DNA of 64,000 nt. It comes from Gnetum montanum. Taxonomy: Eukaryota > Plantae > Gnetophyta. The notes below the pieces were generated by a model that made no database searches, was not told the DNA's origin, and saw nothing but the letters and a program-made list of their open reading frames with translations. Below, piece by piece: positions 25,462 through 37,669 of the stretch (position 1 is the stretch's first letter; each line of letters opens with the position of its first letter). The stretch is taken from contig MNCI01001980.1 of NCBI GenBank assembly GCA_015680685.1, forward strand, positions 9,865-73,864, written 5' to 3'. Both the position numbers and the translations under genes were made by a program.

Positions 25462-26381
25462 ACGTCAACAGTGCAGCTGCCTAAATTGTTTGCTCCTCTT
25501 TCTCTACAACATTCACAAAGTGGGAGCATAAGTAAGATGCAGAAACTTAAGTCTTCTCATGGAAGATTGGAAACACTTCACAAAGATGATAAATCTAATC
25601 AGCATGTTTCTATGATACAAAATGGTATCCTATTTGCAACTTGCATATTAATGTTGATTACTGTACAACATTATTGAAATTGGTGCATGTTGGTAATTCT
25701 GCTAACAAATCCTGCAGGAGATAATTCTGATCGTTACATAGATAGTGAATTAAAGTTCCAGCCATTGAACCCCTTTGAAAATGTTTATGGTTCTAGTTGG
25801 GGCAAGTTCCTTGCTCGAGCACTGCAAAGTAAAATGGCTTCTCAAGCAGCACAATCCCCTATTGCACTTCAACAACTGTCACCAAATAGAGGATTAATTC
25901 AACCAAGGTCCTCGATAACTGATGAACCGGAAGAGGTTTTGACAGATCTTGAAGAGCATAATAACAGGGATGAATTAGTCCGTCCCTTCTCTCCACCTTT
26001 GCTTACAGAGCTGTCGTCATTTTCAGATACTTAAGACCGTTTCCTAGGTATGGTTTGGATTTATTTTTCTAAGCGTTGTTTTTTACCTGGCATCTTCCGA
26101 AGTGTAACATAAAATAGTCTAAAGTTTACCCCTAAATCTTGTAACTTGAGTTGTTAAGTTCATGGTTTAAAATTTTTATTTGAAGAGTTCAAATTTTTTG
26201 ATGCGTTGAAAAGTTAAAATTACCTATTTGTAAAACTGAAAATAGGATCATTGTTATCACTTCTTCCTACATACAAATAATATAAAAAGGTTCATTTTTC
26301 AAATTATTTTGTGATGCAGTACCTATATCAGACGTTGATGCTTCTTTAATGGAGCGTTCAATGCAAACCATGCATACATGA
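25462..26381 (+). pseudogene. AUG6: AUGMIN subunit 6 (HAUS6)-like gene, last three exons, with premature stop
   Basis: Exons about 25462-25624, 25718-26047 and 26320-26381 are joined by phase-1 GT..AG introns (branch site CTAAC at about 25702). The spliced protein STVQLPKLF...FSPPLLTELSSFSDT*DRFLVPISDVDASLME matches recalled plant AUG6 motifs (QLPQLF; FSPPLLMDTSLL.D.YEDLLAPLSETETALME). TAA at 26032 sits at the conserved Tyr. Confidence 0.8.
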
Positions 26382-27297
26382 AAGGCATTAGAGGAAGAAG
26401 CTTTCACCATTGTGTACTACATCACTGGGAGTTTAGGAAAGTAATGAAAGCGATCATTTAAAACCAATTCATCAATTTCTTCTTGATTTTGTAAACTGTT
26501 AATTGTAGTATGTGTCATTGTAATCCTCTTAATAAATGCAACAACCGCATGTTTGAAAGCGTTATGCAACCTTCGAAATAATCAGGCCCCTTGCACAAGA
26601 AGCACTGTCAACAACAGTTGTTGGCACTGTTCATTGCCACTAACAATTTCGAGGAGAAGAGAGCAGAATTTTTATCACTGATGTAGCTGCAATCTTACAT
26701 CACAATGAAACTATGAATTCCACTTCCAATTTAAATGATGAATGATGCTGTTATCACAATTGTTATTAACGAGACCATCAACCTTGGAAACAATTTGGTT
26801 GCAGAGTCTCTGCTGATCACTAAGAGATGTTATGAACAGGCCATTTGCAGGGGTTTCAAACAGTTTGATATTCTGAATTAAAAAGAGATGTCCAGCACAA
26901 TTAACCTCCAACTGTTGTCCTTTCAATATATATATTTATTTGTCGTATTTGTTACCTACTAAATACGCTTGCAGACTTTGTTTATAGATCTTATGATAGT
27001 TAGATTACGTAATTTCATCCGCTGGGTTTTATTTCTTAGATAAGTTATAAACATTGCGAAACTTTTGGTCATGCAAGGGACCATAACTAAGGAGTTTCCA
27101 TTAGAGGCTGAGACTGTTCCATTGATTGGCATGATTTTTGGAGCGGGTTTTGAATTGTATTAATAAAAGTTATGAAAGAAGTAGACCACGAGTCATATTA
27201 AATTCGCACATTACATCATTATTCATGGTCTCCGTTGTGGGTTGTTTATCATGCGATGTGAAATTGTCGTGAATTATTGACAGTTAGATTGGTTGAG

Positions 27298-27930
27298 GGA
27301 AGTGTCTCTGCTGTGCCTTATACTTTGTGCCACCTTGGCTGCTGCATCATGCTCATCATGGATGTCATGTATATGCTTTGGACGCATGTGTGGCTTAAAA
27401 ATCGGTAAAAAGAAAAAACATCATACTTTGTGGGGGGAAAAAAAATAGAAATCACTGCAATTTGTTTTTCTTTCTTGATTTGGTTTTCATTCTGCATCTT
27501 TTTTCGTATTTCCATCCCAAACCTGCTGCGTTATGCAGTTGTTCGATTGTGCTGCTGTTATTCTTACATTTCAATTCAATTGCCTACTAAATTGAAGATC
27601 AAATAAAGTGTGCTGAAGCCAACATTACTGTATGCATTTTTCAGTTTTTATTCCTGTATTAAGCATCGTTAAAACGTGCAAATGTGAAATACCATTCTCA
27701 TGGATTCCATTTTCAGGCTGTATCTTTTTTCTGATTTTTACGACATAGCTGCTGCCTTGCGGTGCTCCCAATGTTGCCTTTCAATTGCTAACCATATTGG
27801 AGATGTAAACAATTGTTATGTGTATTTGTTAGTTTTCAGTGTAAAACTTACATTATTTATTCATTATTTGACGAAGCTTTTATATTTCTAAAAATTATCT
27901 TTTTTGTAAAGAAAAATCTTTCATTGTTTT
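27298..27930 (+). repeat. Left TIR of the MULE
   Basis: Reverse complement of 37670-38304 (e.g. GGCTGCTGCATCATGCTCATCATGGATGTCATGTATATGCTTTGGAC). Confidence 0.92.
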
Positions 27931-28060
27931 TTTTAATAGGATTTATTGTGAATAGAAAGAATAGGACATTAAAGGAGAAGACATGGATGAAGGCTTTGGA
28001 AATCTTTAATTTAGATTGCCTAGAGAGTGAGGATCATGAGATGAATATCTAGTTCATAGT

Positions 28061-28870
28061 CAAAGTTCCAAGTCACCCTCAAGCTAGTATGTGGTATTAA
28101 AGATATTTTTTAATGAAATGACTTATGAATGTATGTGGGCCAAACAAGGCAACATAAGCAAGCATGCAATTAATGTCATTGTGATATTAAAAGGAGTTGA
28201 ACAAGGCTACAAATATATTTTTTGTGGACAACAATTTGATAGTAAAGATGATGACAAAGATGTATGCTTTACCAAAGAATTTCCTGGTCTTAATGAAATT
28301 GCTAAGTTGGGAACACATGATAGTTCACAATAGTTGATATGTACTACCATTTCTAATCAACCTTTAAGAAGTGATTTTCATATTTTAGAAAAAACAAATT
28401 ATTCACAACATGGAGATAATACAAAAATAGTTTTGGTAAATAATCAAACTAAGATATTTGTAGAAAAACAACTAAAGGAAAGAGTTTATAAGATACAAAA
28501 CAACCTTCTTAGTTTAAGTAGAAAGCTTCCAATAGATCTTGAAAGCATTGCTGATATTGAAAAAGATGTTTTAAAGTTGATAGAGAAGTATGAGCTTCTA
28601 AAACAATTAAAGCATCTTGTTAGCAAGAAATGACTATCTAGTTGGATTAGTTCAACTAGAAAACAAAGAAAAAGAAAAAGCTTGTGTTAAGTGGTGCATG
28701 TAAATGTAAGTTACCATTTAGAAATGATAGTTTTAGTTTGCCCCACTCCAAGAAGGTAGTGCTTCAATAGAGAGTAGGTATATATATTCTTAGTTATCTA
28801 TCTCTTGTCTTTATTTGATTGTAGTAATTGCCTCTATTTACTTATTGTTTATTTATTCTTGGTATTTTAT
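28061..28870 (+). mobile_element. Inverted 3' segment of the endogenous pararetrovirus (end of RNase H, C-terminal extension, TATA/3' region)
   Basis: Begins with the same 22 bp (CAAAGTTCCAAGTCACCCTCAA, KVPSHPQ) at which the - strand viral pol breaks off at 29313-29334. ORFs 28091-28333 and 28334-28633 share one frame. TATATATA at about 28779. Confidence 0.65.
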
Positions 28871-29339
28871 AATAATTAATATTTTGCTATTTCATTGTAG
28901 CAAGGATCTTAATGAGGAGCAAAACACATAGGTAATGTTATATTTTTGGAAAACAATTTATTCAGCTTTAATTTTTAAATATGCATACTCTTGTAATCAA
29001 GCACTTTGAAGATAGATCTTGTAACAATTTCATATGTTATGTTAATGTTTGGGTATGGCGAAAACCAAATTGAGATAATATTTTTGTGGCTTAAGGTGTT
29101 TCTAATGATATTTCAAGCAAGTATAATATTAAATTCTTATAGGAACAAACTATACAAGATGCATTTGAGCTTGTATTTTCCTTTCCATTTGTCTTATAGA
29201 TACTTTAGATCTACACAAACATAATAAAATATTAATTTTAGAATTATATCCATTATTTAAATCGACTACTTTTTATTAAATATAGGTTTACTTTTGCAAT
29301 ATTTGGTGGGCTTTGAGGGTGACTTGGAACTTTGTTTAA

Positions 29340-30520
29340 GGATTTTGAGCTTAAATATTTACCAAAATGCTTTAAGTCACTTCTGATTATAAAATGGACA
29401 TTTTGTAGGAATAATCAGAATTTTTCAATACCTCTAATAATGGCCAACAGTTCTTTATGAGTGCTATGGTAATTTTGTTGTGCTTCGTTGAACTTTCCTA
29501 AGGCATATCGACATATCCTGAGAACTTTATCTTTCTCTTCTTTAAGGGTAGCTCCCCAAAACTTGTAAGAAGCATCCATTTCTAAGATTAATTATCCATC
29601 TATAGGAAGCTGGAGTTTTGGTAGGTTATTGCATTGTTGTTTGATGAGGACAACAGTGTCTATGTGTCGTTTAGACCAAATAGGAGGATTTGATCCAAGT
29701 TGTTCATTTAGAAGCTTTCTGTCTTTGGTCAAATTTTTGTAAAATCTTGATACATAATTAATACAACCCAAAAATCATTGAAGTTGGGTTTTATCCTTGA
29801 TTTCACTAGGGAACTTTTTTATAGATTCTAATATATGCTCCTATAGTGCTATGGTTCTTTGAGTGATTTGTAATGCTAAAAATTCAATAGAATCTTTTGC
29901 AACTTGCATTTTTGTGGGGGATAGTACTAATCCATTTTCGTCTATAGTTTTTCTAAATATTTCTAAATGCTTTAGATGTTGCTAAGGGTCTTTACTCATT
30001 ATTAATATATCATCTATATATACCATAATAAAAGGAAAATTTTCAAAGATATGATCGATGCATCTCTAGAAAATGGAGGGTGCAATTTTTATTTCAAAAG
30101 AAAGGACAATCCATTTGTATAAACGTCTTGGTACTGTAAAGGTAGTTTTCCATCTATCAGAGTGGTTTACCTATTTTTACTAAAAACCAAAATTTAGGTC
30201 GAACTTCGAATATCCATTAGTATGCAGGAGTCTTTGGAATAAATCATCTTTATTGGGAATAGGATGTTGGACTAGTTTTATAAGATCATTTATAGGTTTG
30301 TAGTTTATGACTAGTCTTTTCTTGCCTTTGACTTGCTTTGTGTGCTTATTGACGTAAAAGGTTGCACATGTAAACATGCTAGTACTTGGTTGTATTAACT
30401 TTTTATCTAGCAATGTTTGTATCTCTTGGTCACATTCTATTTTTAGGGATTAAGGCATTCCTATATGATGTGCCTTTGCTTTTATTTTTACATTATACCT
30501 AAATTCTATTTTGCACCAAT
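29340..30520 (-). pseudogene. Caulimovirid RT and RNase H
   Basis: KGKKRLVINYKPIN, YSKFDL..GF, APSIF, VYIDDILI (about 30001-30024), FLGCINY, ILEMDAS..WGA and YHSTHKELLAII. Confidence 0.93.
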
Positions 30521-30626
30521 GCACTTTTTTATATATGAAAAGAGTGGGGTTATCACTAGCTAAGCTTAAGAGCTTTTCTTTTATTTTGCTAAATTCGCTT
30601 TCTAATTTTTTGACATTATTTACAAC

Positions 30627-31082
30627 CTATTGTATTTTAGCAGGGCTTTTATGTTCCCAAGCTTGGAATTGACTTTTGTAAGTATTTTGTCTGAAAAATC
30701 TTTCTCCTAGTAGTAGTACATAAGATCTTCCTATTGTACATGGTTCAAGGCTTTGAAGATTGTTAGTACTAATGAGAAGATCATAGGATCTTATTTCGCA
30801 ATGGCAGACTTCTATATGAAGTATCTTTCCTTGAGAAGTTCTAATAAGAATAGTGGCTTTGTATTCCATTCTTATCTTTTGGGTGTTGAATGTGACATAA
30901 GTTTTTTTCTTTTTATCCCAAAAATAAGAAGGTATAATATTCCATCTAGCTAGAGATAATTCAGCACCACTATCTATGAGAATGTAAATGGGATATGATT
31001 TATAACCTTCAAATTTTATGAAGAAAGTACAAATAGGTAAGTTGATTATCCTATTATTATTATTAACTAGATTGATAGGCAT
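30627..31082 (-). pseudogene. Caulimovirid aspartic protease
   Basis: ILIDSGAELS active-site motif, IIP..FW and YDLLIS.N.L, located between the coat protein and RT. Confidence 0.88.
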
Positions 31083-31869
31083 GGCATGCGTTTCTTTCTG
31101 GTATTTTTATCTTTTGAAGCTTTCTTTTATTTTTTCTAATTTAGAGAGTTCTTGAGTTGTCCATTGTATATATTTCCTCAATTAGAATATTCTTTAAGTA
31201 CACATGAGAGACTCATCTAAAGGAGAATTTTTTTTTTAGAGTCTATGTTTCACTATAAGATGTATCCCCTATTTCATTAGGTTCAATGGCAAATTTTGAC
31301 TCACTTGGGGATTCTCGTTGTATTTTTGGATATTTAAAACAACATTCTTCTATGAAAAATCATTGTTCATCCAATTCTTGTTTCTTCTCTATAATTTTTT
31401 GCTTGAGAGACATGATTTTGTTTATGTCACCTATCGAGACTTGTGTTAGTTATTTTTCTAGCTTTTCTAATTGTTGTTTTATTATTTGATAAGTTGGATT
31501 AGCTTCTACTAGATCTATGGTGCTAACATCTAGTGGTCTTTCATATAGGTCAAATTCATCATCATATCTAGAGGAGGATTATGTGCTTAGAGGTCTAATG
31601 GTTTTGGATCATCTAAAAGGTTTTTTGCCTAATTGTTGTTTATTCATATGGCAAAAACATATGTCATCTTCTGAATCATCAACATTATTTCCTTCCCCAT
31701 TAAAAGAGGCTATTGAGGGATCAATGTCACTAATATGATAATTCGAGTATTCGTTGGATTCAATGTAAATGTCACCAAGGATGAAAGGAGTAGATGGGTC
31801 AAGAGTAAAGTCATACTATTATTTGAAAAGATTGTAATGTTCAATAAAATTGACCTATATGGAGTGTTT

Positions 31870-33343
31870 AGCCTTGTTTGGACATTCATGAGAAAAATGG
31901 TTTCCTTGGCAAAGGAAACATTTGATGTTTTTTTTTTTTTTTGGTATTTTATGCAAATGACATTTGAACATTACATGAAAAACTTTGGATAGTTTGTCTA
32001 GAGAAGATTTTCGTTTCCATCATCTTTGTGGTTTGTTTATGTGTTTATGTCATCAAGAACAACATTTGGATTTTGGAGCAGGCTGAAACTAATTTTTAAG
32101 ACATAAATCATTACAGAAAGATTTTCCTAATTTATGATTGATTTGTTTCATAAGAGACTAGGCTTTCATGTTATGAGAGAGGTCTCTATTAATAGCATCT
32201 ATTAGTTGTCTAATAGCATTGAAACTCATGTCATTAATACTATGGCCTAATTGTTTTACCTCTACTTAATATTTGTCATGAAAGGGTTGTGGCAAAGATC
32301 CTAAGAGATGTTTTTTGGTAGACCAATCATAAGTTTATCACTATAGTACCAGTCTTCCAGTGTGTCTAAATACTTAGAAATATTTTGTATTTTCTGTAAT
32401 CATAGCTTTAAAAAACATATCTCTATATGTATCTATATAGTCTACCTTATGACCGAAAAACTCTTACTAATGACATTTATAAATAAAATAGAAGGTCTAG
32501 TGAGTAACTTCATTTTTATATCAAGATCTATTAGGTTCCACCATCTTCTAAGATTGCCAACAAAGTTGAAAACACAATTTTGAATGGCATGTTTGTAGGA
32601 TTTTTGGTCAAGAATTACTTGACGATCTATGAACCCATTTATGTAGTTTAAAACTACTTGTCTTTTGGGTATAGACAGTTTATTCATATAAAACTTTGGG
32701 CCTTTTTCACTAATCATTCTAGAGGAGACTTGAGGATAGTTTATAGGTGCTTGAGGATATACTTGTGGATTTTTTAACAATTCTTTCTCGTTTGAGTCAA
32801 GCTTAGTTTTTAATCATCTAAATCTATTACCATTGCTTATGAGCATCCTTCATTAGCATTGATTTTTGCTTTACCTTTTTCTATTGACATGGTTTTTCAT
32901 CTAGATTTTCATATTGGGAAATCAACATTTGTTCCATATTCAGGGATGGCTGGTTCAGGAACTTGTATAGTTGATTTTGAAACCCATTGTTTTTGTAGAG
33001 TTTTTACTTTTTCTTTTGTTTTTGCTATTGCTTGATAATTTCTATAATTTTGTCCTATTATTATACTTATTTGATCATTTGCCCAATTTTGTAATTTTAT
33101 AGTGTTTGTAGGGGGATCTATGGATAATTTTTGAAAAAGTTGATGTGCTATTTCTTTTTTTAGTTGAGATGGTACCTTGACACTATTGAATTTTAATGAT
33201 TCAACATGGTTTGTATTGGTTTGAGTATTCATGTTAATTTTTAATATTGCATTACATTCTTCATAGTGATATTGGTGATCATATCTAATTGTAGAAGTAT
33301 GTGGACAAGGTACCATGGTGTTAGGAGAGATGTTTGTTTCCAA
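31870..33343 (-). pseudogene. Caulimovirid coat-protein region with zinc finger
   Basis: LQNWANDQ...QN, FVGNLRRWW, KYLDTLEDWYY, LGSLPQPF and KCFLCQGNHFSHECP (about 31880-31924). Confidence 0.8.
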
Positions 33344-33773
33344 CTCTGAGTTAGCTTCTTATTTTATAACAATATGTTTTTCTTTGGGATGTAATTCTTA
33401 TGTTTGGTGGGTTGATCCTTCAAGGTTTTCTGATTTATAAGATGTTCATAGTATCTTGCTAACTTCCATTGTAACTCCTAATTACTTGAAGATCCTCTTC
33501 ATTGTTGTTTCTAGATCTTTAGATTCAGCAATGTTAATAGACTGGAATTCTTGGATCTAAAAAGATCTTCTAGCAGGTATAATATTAGCAGGATTTTTGA
33601 CAGGAGGTAGAATCCTTTTTTTGGCTAGTTTCACCATCTTTTAAGAGGTAGGAAGGATCATCCTTTGAAAACCTTGGTATTTTTAGGAAGACTCTGTAAC
33701 ATCTTTTACCAAGATTTACTCTAGACCTTTTTAAGAGGATGTGGTCATAAAATTTGTCCAGAGTGTCATCTAA

Positions 33774-34340
33774 TTATGGATATAGAGTATGGATGGGTAA
33801 ATCTTCAATGTTGATTAGGGCTCCATATTCTATATTTGATGTACCAACTGACATAACTTGTTCTCCAAAGGGCAAAAGAGTTTCTATACTAATGTTTTGA
33901 AATAACTTAAAAACTAATCTATTGCCTATAGTGGCATAAACACTACCTTGCTTCATATCTAAAGGAATATATCCAATAATCATTAAACTATTAAATAGGT
34001 TGTGATCTTTTAAGGAGAGAGTAAAGTTAGGTAAGGTTACAACTAAGGCATTTGATTCAAGTCTTCCTTTAGCTTGGATGATAATAGCATCTTGGAAATT
34101 TTTAAATCATCTATCAACCAGAGCAATCCAGTAAGGGTTCTTAAGCCTATAGTTGAAATGAGGATGGATGTAAATGTTGAGTTCTATGATATGAATATAA
34201 TTGTAACTAGCAGCAATCCATTTCCTAACTTCCCCCACAAAAAAAGAAAGAGAGAGCAATAGGTGTGAGATTGGATCCACTTATCTCTAACTCGCAGTTA
34301 GAAAAGTGCATAAAAGAGAGGGATTCAATAGGTGTCAATT
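33774..34340 (-). pseudogene. 30K-superfamily viral movement protein
   Basis: YNYIHIIELNIYIHPHF...IALVDR*F.NFQDAII...PNFTLSLKD.NL, continuing into ORF 33774-33983. Confidence 0.88.
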
Positions 34341-34346
34341 TTCGTA

Positions 34347-34472
34347 TTAGATAGATTTCTTGTTCTCTAGGTACAAGAGGTAACGTTGAACAAGAAGAAG
34401 TACTACAATATTTAGATAAATAGTGAGTATAAGAACTAGAAGGACATGAGAGAGGGTGATTTCTTGTGCCAT
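34347..34472 (-). CDS. 41-aa hydrophobic (single-TM-like) small ORF between the viral PBS and the movement protein
   Basis: MAQEITLSHVLLVLILTIYLNIVVLLLVQRYLLYLENKKSI; ATG in good context (AACATGG); uninterrupted. Confidence 0.45.
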   Translation of the reverse strand: MAQEITLSHVLLVLILTIYLNIVVLLLVQRYLLYLENKKSI

Positions 34473-34581
34473 GTTATTGATTCGATGAGATGATATACTG
34501 AAACTCGTTGCGCATCTTCCTCTCGCTTGTTTGTCAACCTTCACTGTGCACCCCCATGCTCAACATGAAATACATGAACTT

Positions 34582-34593
34582 GCTTTGATACCA
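34582..34593 (-). other. tRNA-iMet primer binding site of the pararetrovirus
   Basis: TGGTATCAAAGC on the - strand, immediately upstream of the viral ORFs. Confidence 0.85.
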
Positions 34594-34719
34594 CTTTCTT
34601 CTCAGATCCGTCCTTGCCTTGTCTATGCCATTTTTACAATAATCTTTGCAATAAAAAAAATTCTTATGCTAATAGCAATCATAAAAGTAATTACAATGCA
34701 AAGAGAAATTTGAAAAAGA

Positions 34720-35950
34720 ATTGGATAGTACTTCTAATTATTTGTCAATATCCTCTTGGAAGCATTGAGATGAAATTATCCATGCGGTTGGGATTCCATT
34801 GTAGTAATGGTTAAAAGCCATAATTATATGCAAGTAAAACTAAGTGAGTACAAAAATAAAAATGTTAATATAAAAACATATTAGAAACTTATTTTAAAAA
34901 AATATGAAATATCATTGAAAATACAAGTAATAGTAATAAAAACTTATTGAATCTTACCCTATACTTATTGGTATGAAATATGGAATCCATGGCAAGTAAA
35001 CTGTTATGTGAAAGTTGCATAATCTTTTTCAACATTCATGGTGATTGAATACCAATTATTAATTGAACATTCTAATCAGTTTTATCTTCTTAGTACATAA
35101 AAAAGAAATCAAAGCATTGTTCATACCACATTTTTACACTAATTTTATCATTAAGATGTTTCTTAAATGCTGGTTTTGTCCACATATATATGTTGTACAT
35201 ATCTTTTTTTTTTTAAGAACATGTCTTGCTTTGTCTTAAAGCTGAAATCTTGCATGTTCTTATCCTTAAACAAATCTTTTACATACTTGACATAAATAAC
35301 ATCAATAGGTAATCCTTGACAACAATAAGAAGCTATTTTCTCACGAAGTTCATCAAATATATTGATGTTATATGCAGTTCTCTTATCTTAAGTTGGACCA
35401 AGTAATCATGGCAATATTTCCCTATTGCATTTACATGCTCTAATTATTTAAAAATTAGACAAGCTCTATCCTTTGCTTCATGCATAACATATTTGATGAA
35501 TTTGTACATATAACCCATTTTTTTCTAATTATTTTCCAAAATCTATTAGGCTTTTCCATTATGCAATTTGTCTTTGTTAAACCATATTCACAAAGATATG
35601 TGTTTGTTGTAGGGATATTAGTATCTAAAATTTTATGATTATAATAATTATAAATTAAAATAAATATTACTTACTCATTTCTTTCAACATAATCATTGGT
35701 CTTAGATTTGTCTTTGTGAGACAACTTTTGTTGTTTGTTGCACTTAAACTTTGCTCCACCAATTGGGTTGTTTTCTTCATCTTTAACAAAGTCACTTATA
35801 CAATATTTAGAAATTCAAGCAAATGTGTCATCATAGTAGTATTGCCATCTTAGTGAAGCCATTGAGAAAAGCTCTTAAGGGGATTTCATATATCTTTACC
35901 CTAAGCATTCTCCCAAAAGCTAGCTTGCTCTCCAGCATGAATCATTGTCA
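34720..35950 (-). pseudogene. Intron-containing MULE-type transposase relic
   Basis: DFVKDEE, YLCEYG, EHVNAIGKYCH, DELREKIAS..GLPIDVI, LIIGIQSP*M..SLLAMDSIFHTNKY followed by a GTAAG donor, and NGIPTAWIISS..EDIDK*LEVL. Confidence 0.8.
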
Positions 35951-37669
35951 TAAACCTATCAATAGCTTTTTTTTTTAAAAAAAAGATCAAGTTTATAATT
36001 AGAATTTAAAATTTAATGTTTCTTATAATAACTTAATGAAATCACTTACAAGGATAAAACAAACTTGTTGAGTTTTACTCTTTTATACCATCTTGCACAA
36101 AATCTAAATACATTTAATAGAATTCCAAATGCCATGTTGAACTAATTTTAACTTGAGTAAACCATCCAATAAGACTGTATTAATTATTATATATAGGGAA
36201 AAAGTGATTGGTTTGGTTTCCATGTTTTGTTAATCTAAGATAAAGAAGTTTAAAGATACCAAAGCACCTAAAAGTTCCTAAATACCTAAATTTTTTTTCA
36301 ATGAAATTCAAAGCTAAATACCAATCAAGAGAATAACAATTATATAACAACCAAGGAAAATTCATTAAGCTTTGAAAAATCTAAAGATGTCATTAATTGT
36401 ATCTAATCATAAATTATATGTGAGATCTAGGAAGTATCAAATTTTTTTTTCTTTTTTCAAACCTTTACTATTCAATGTCTATTAACTCTCACATATTTGT
36501 AAATGATACCAATGAAGGGTAGTAACATGAATTGATTCCTATGCTTATCTAATCATAATTTTTTATGGTTTTTAGTTAGTTTCAGCAAATTCATATGAAC
36601 TAGCATAGTGATAAGTTTCTAGCATGAGGCAAATCAATACAAAAAATTTCCTATTTAGTTTCTTAAATTAGGATGCTCAACTTTCTTCTATTCTAATGGC
36701 CCATGCATCTTTTTGAAAAGAAAACTACCTTAGATTGAGATTTCTCTCATATCTCAATGTTTTATAACATTGAAAAATTTCTTAAAGATTTTCTTAAGTT
36801 TTATAAATAAGGATAAAAAAACCTCTTTTACATATCCATGAAATAATAAACCAAAATTGTTCACTACTACCAAAACTTATAATAATTGAAGGGCTTCATT
36901 TTTTTCTATTGAATTTTAAACTAAATAGAAAGTTCAAATATAAAAAAAAGGACACATTTCAAGATGCATAGTATAAAGGTTTTTAAAATATAAAATGATT
37001 GTAATTGTTTAATGTCATGCAATGAAGAGTTTTATTATTATAGAAATAAAAGACATAAAATATATAAATAAATCTAAAAATAGGAGATAAATGAATATCT
37101 TAAATCGTTTCTCCTCCAATGACCAAGAAGGCATCCATTTATAAAAAACCTGTAATGCACTCTCTAAACTTAAACTTAAGGAAGGCATCTTGAAATTATA
37201 TGAAAAATAAATTGATAAATGAATTGTATAATATTAAATAAAGCTAATAGTTTTCTTTGTTTGAAAGGAAAGAACATATGAAAGACCATACTGTGTTAGG
37301 AAGAACAATGAGGGAGAAACAGTATAAAGTTCTATTTAAGTTCTATGAATTGATTTTCCCTTTTTATGTCATAATGATGTAGTTCCCTTTTAAATTCTTA
37401 CAAGCCCTCTCATGCATTGTATTTTGAAATATCAAGACCACCCATTTTTGTTAGCTACATTACTTACCTAAAAGTTTTTGGCTTTCCTAGTAAAATGAAA
37501 AATCATGAAAGAGTTATTCAGAGACTATTTTTTTTAAAAGATAATGTATAAGAAAATAAGGACTTTGTCAAATAATGAATAATTAATGCATGTTTTATGA
37601 ATAATTAATGCGAGTTTTATTATGTTCAATTCAAGAATAAAAACTGAAATCTTCGATGTAAAAAAAAAA

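Larger units (their letters stand above)
29313..34593 (-). mobile_element. Endogenous pararetrovirus (Caulimoviridae), near-complete, degenerate
   Basis: tRNA-iMet PBS followed by movement protein, coat protein with zinc finger, aspartic protease, RT and RNase H in order; no integrase and no LTRs. Confidence 0.93.

Noticed and set aside
25687-26034. Stand-alone 115-aa gene
   Set aside because: Its ATG lies in an intron; the segment is an internal exon of the AUG6-like gene.
26711-26926. Additional gene fragment downstream of AUG6
   Set aside because: No recognisable motif or consistent splice structure.
27318-27515. Duplicated small protein (also 38024-38276)
   Set aside because: These are translations of the two TIR copies, with frameshifts between them.
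29340-31082. Ty3/gypsy pol
   Set aside because: No integrase or LTRs; the movement protein and KGKKRLVINYK motif indicate Caulimoviridae.
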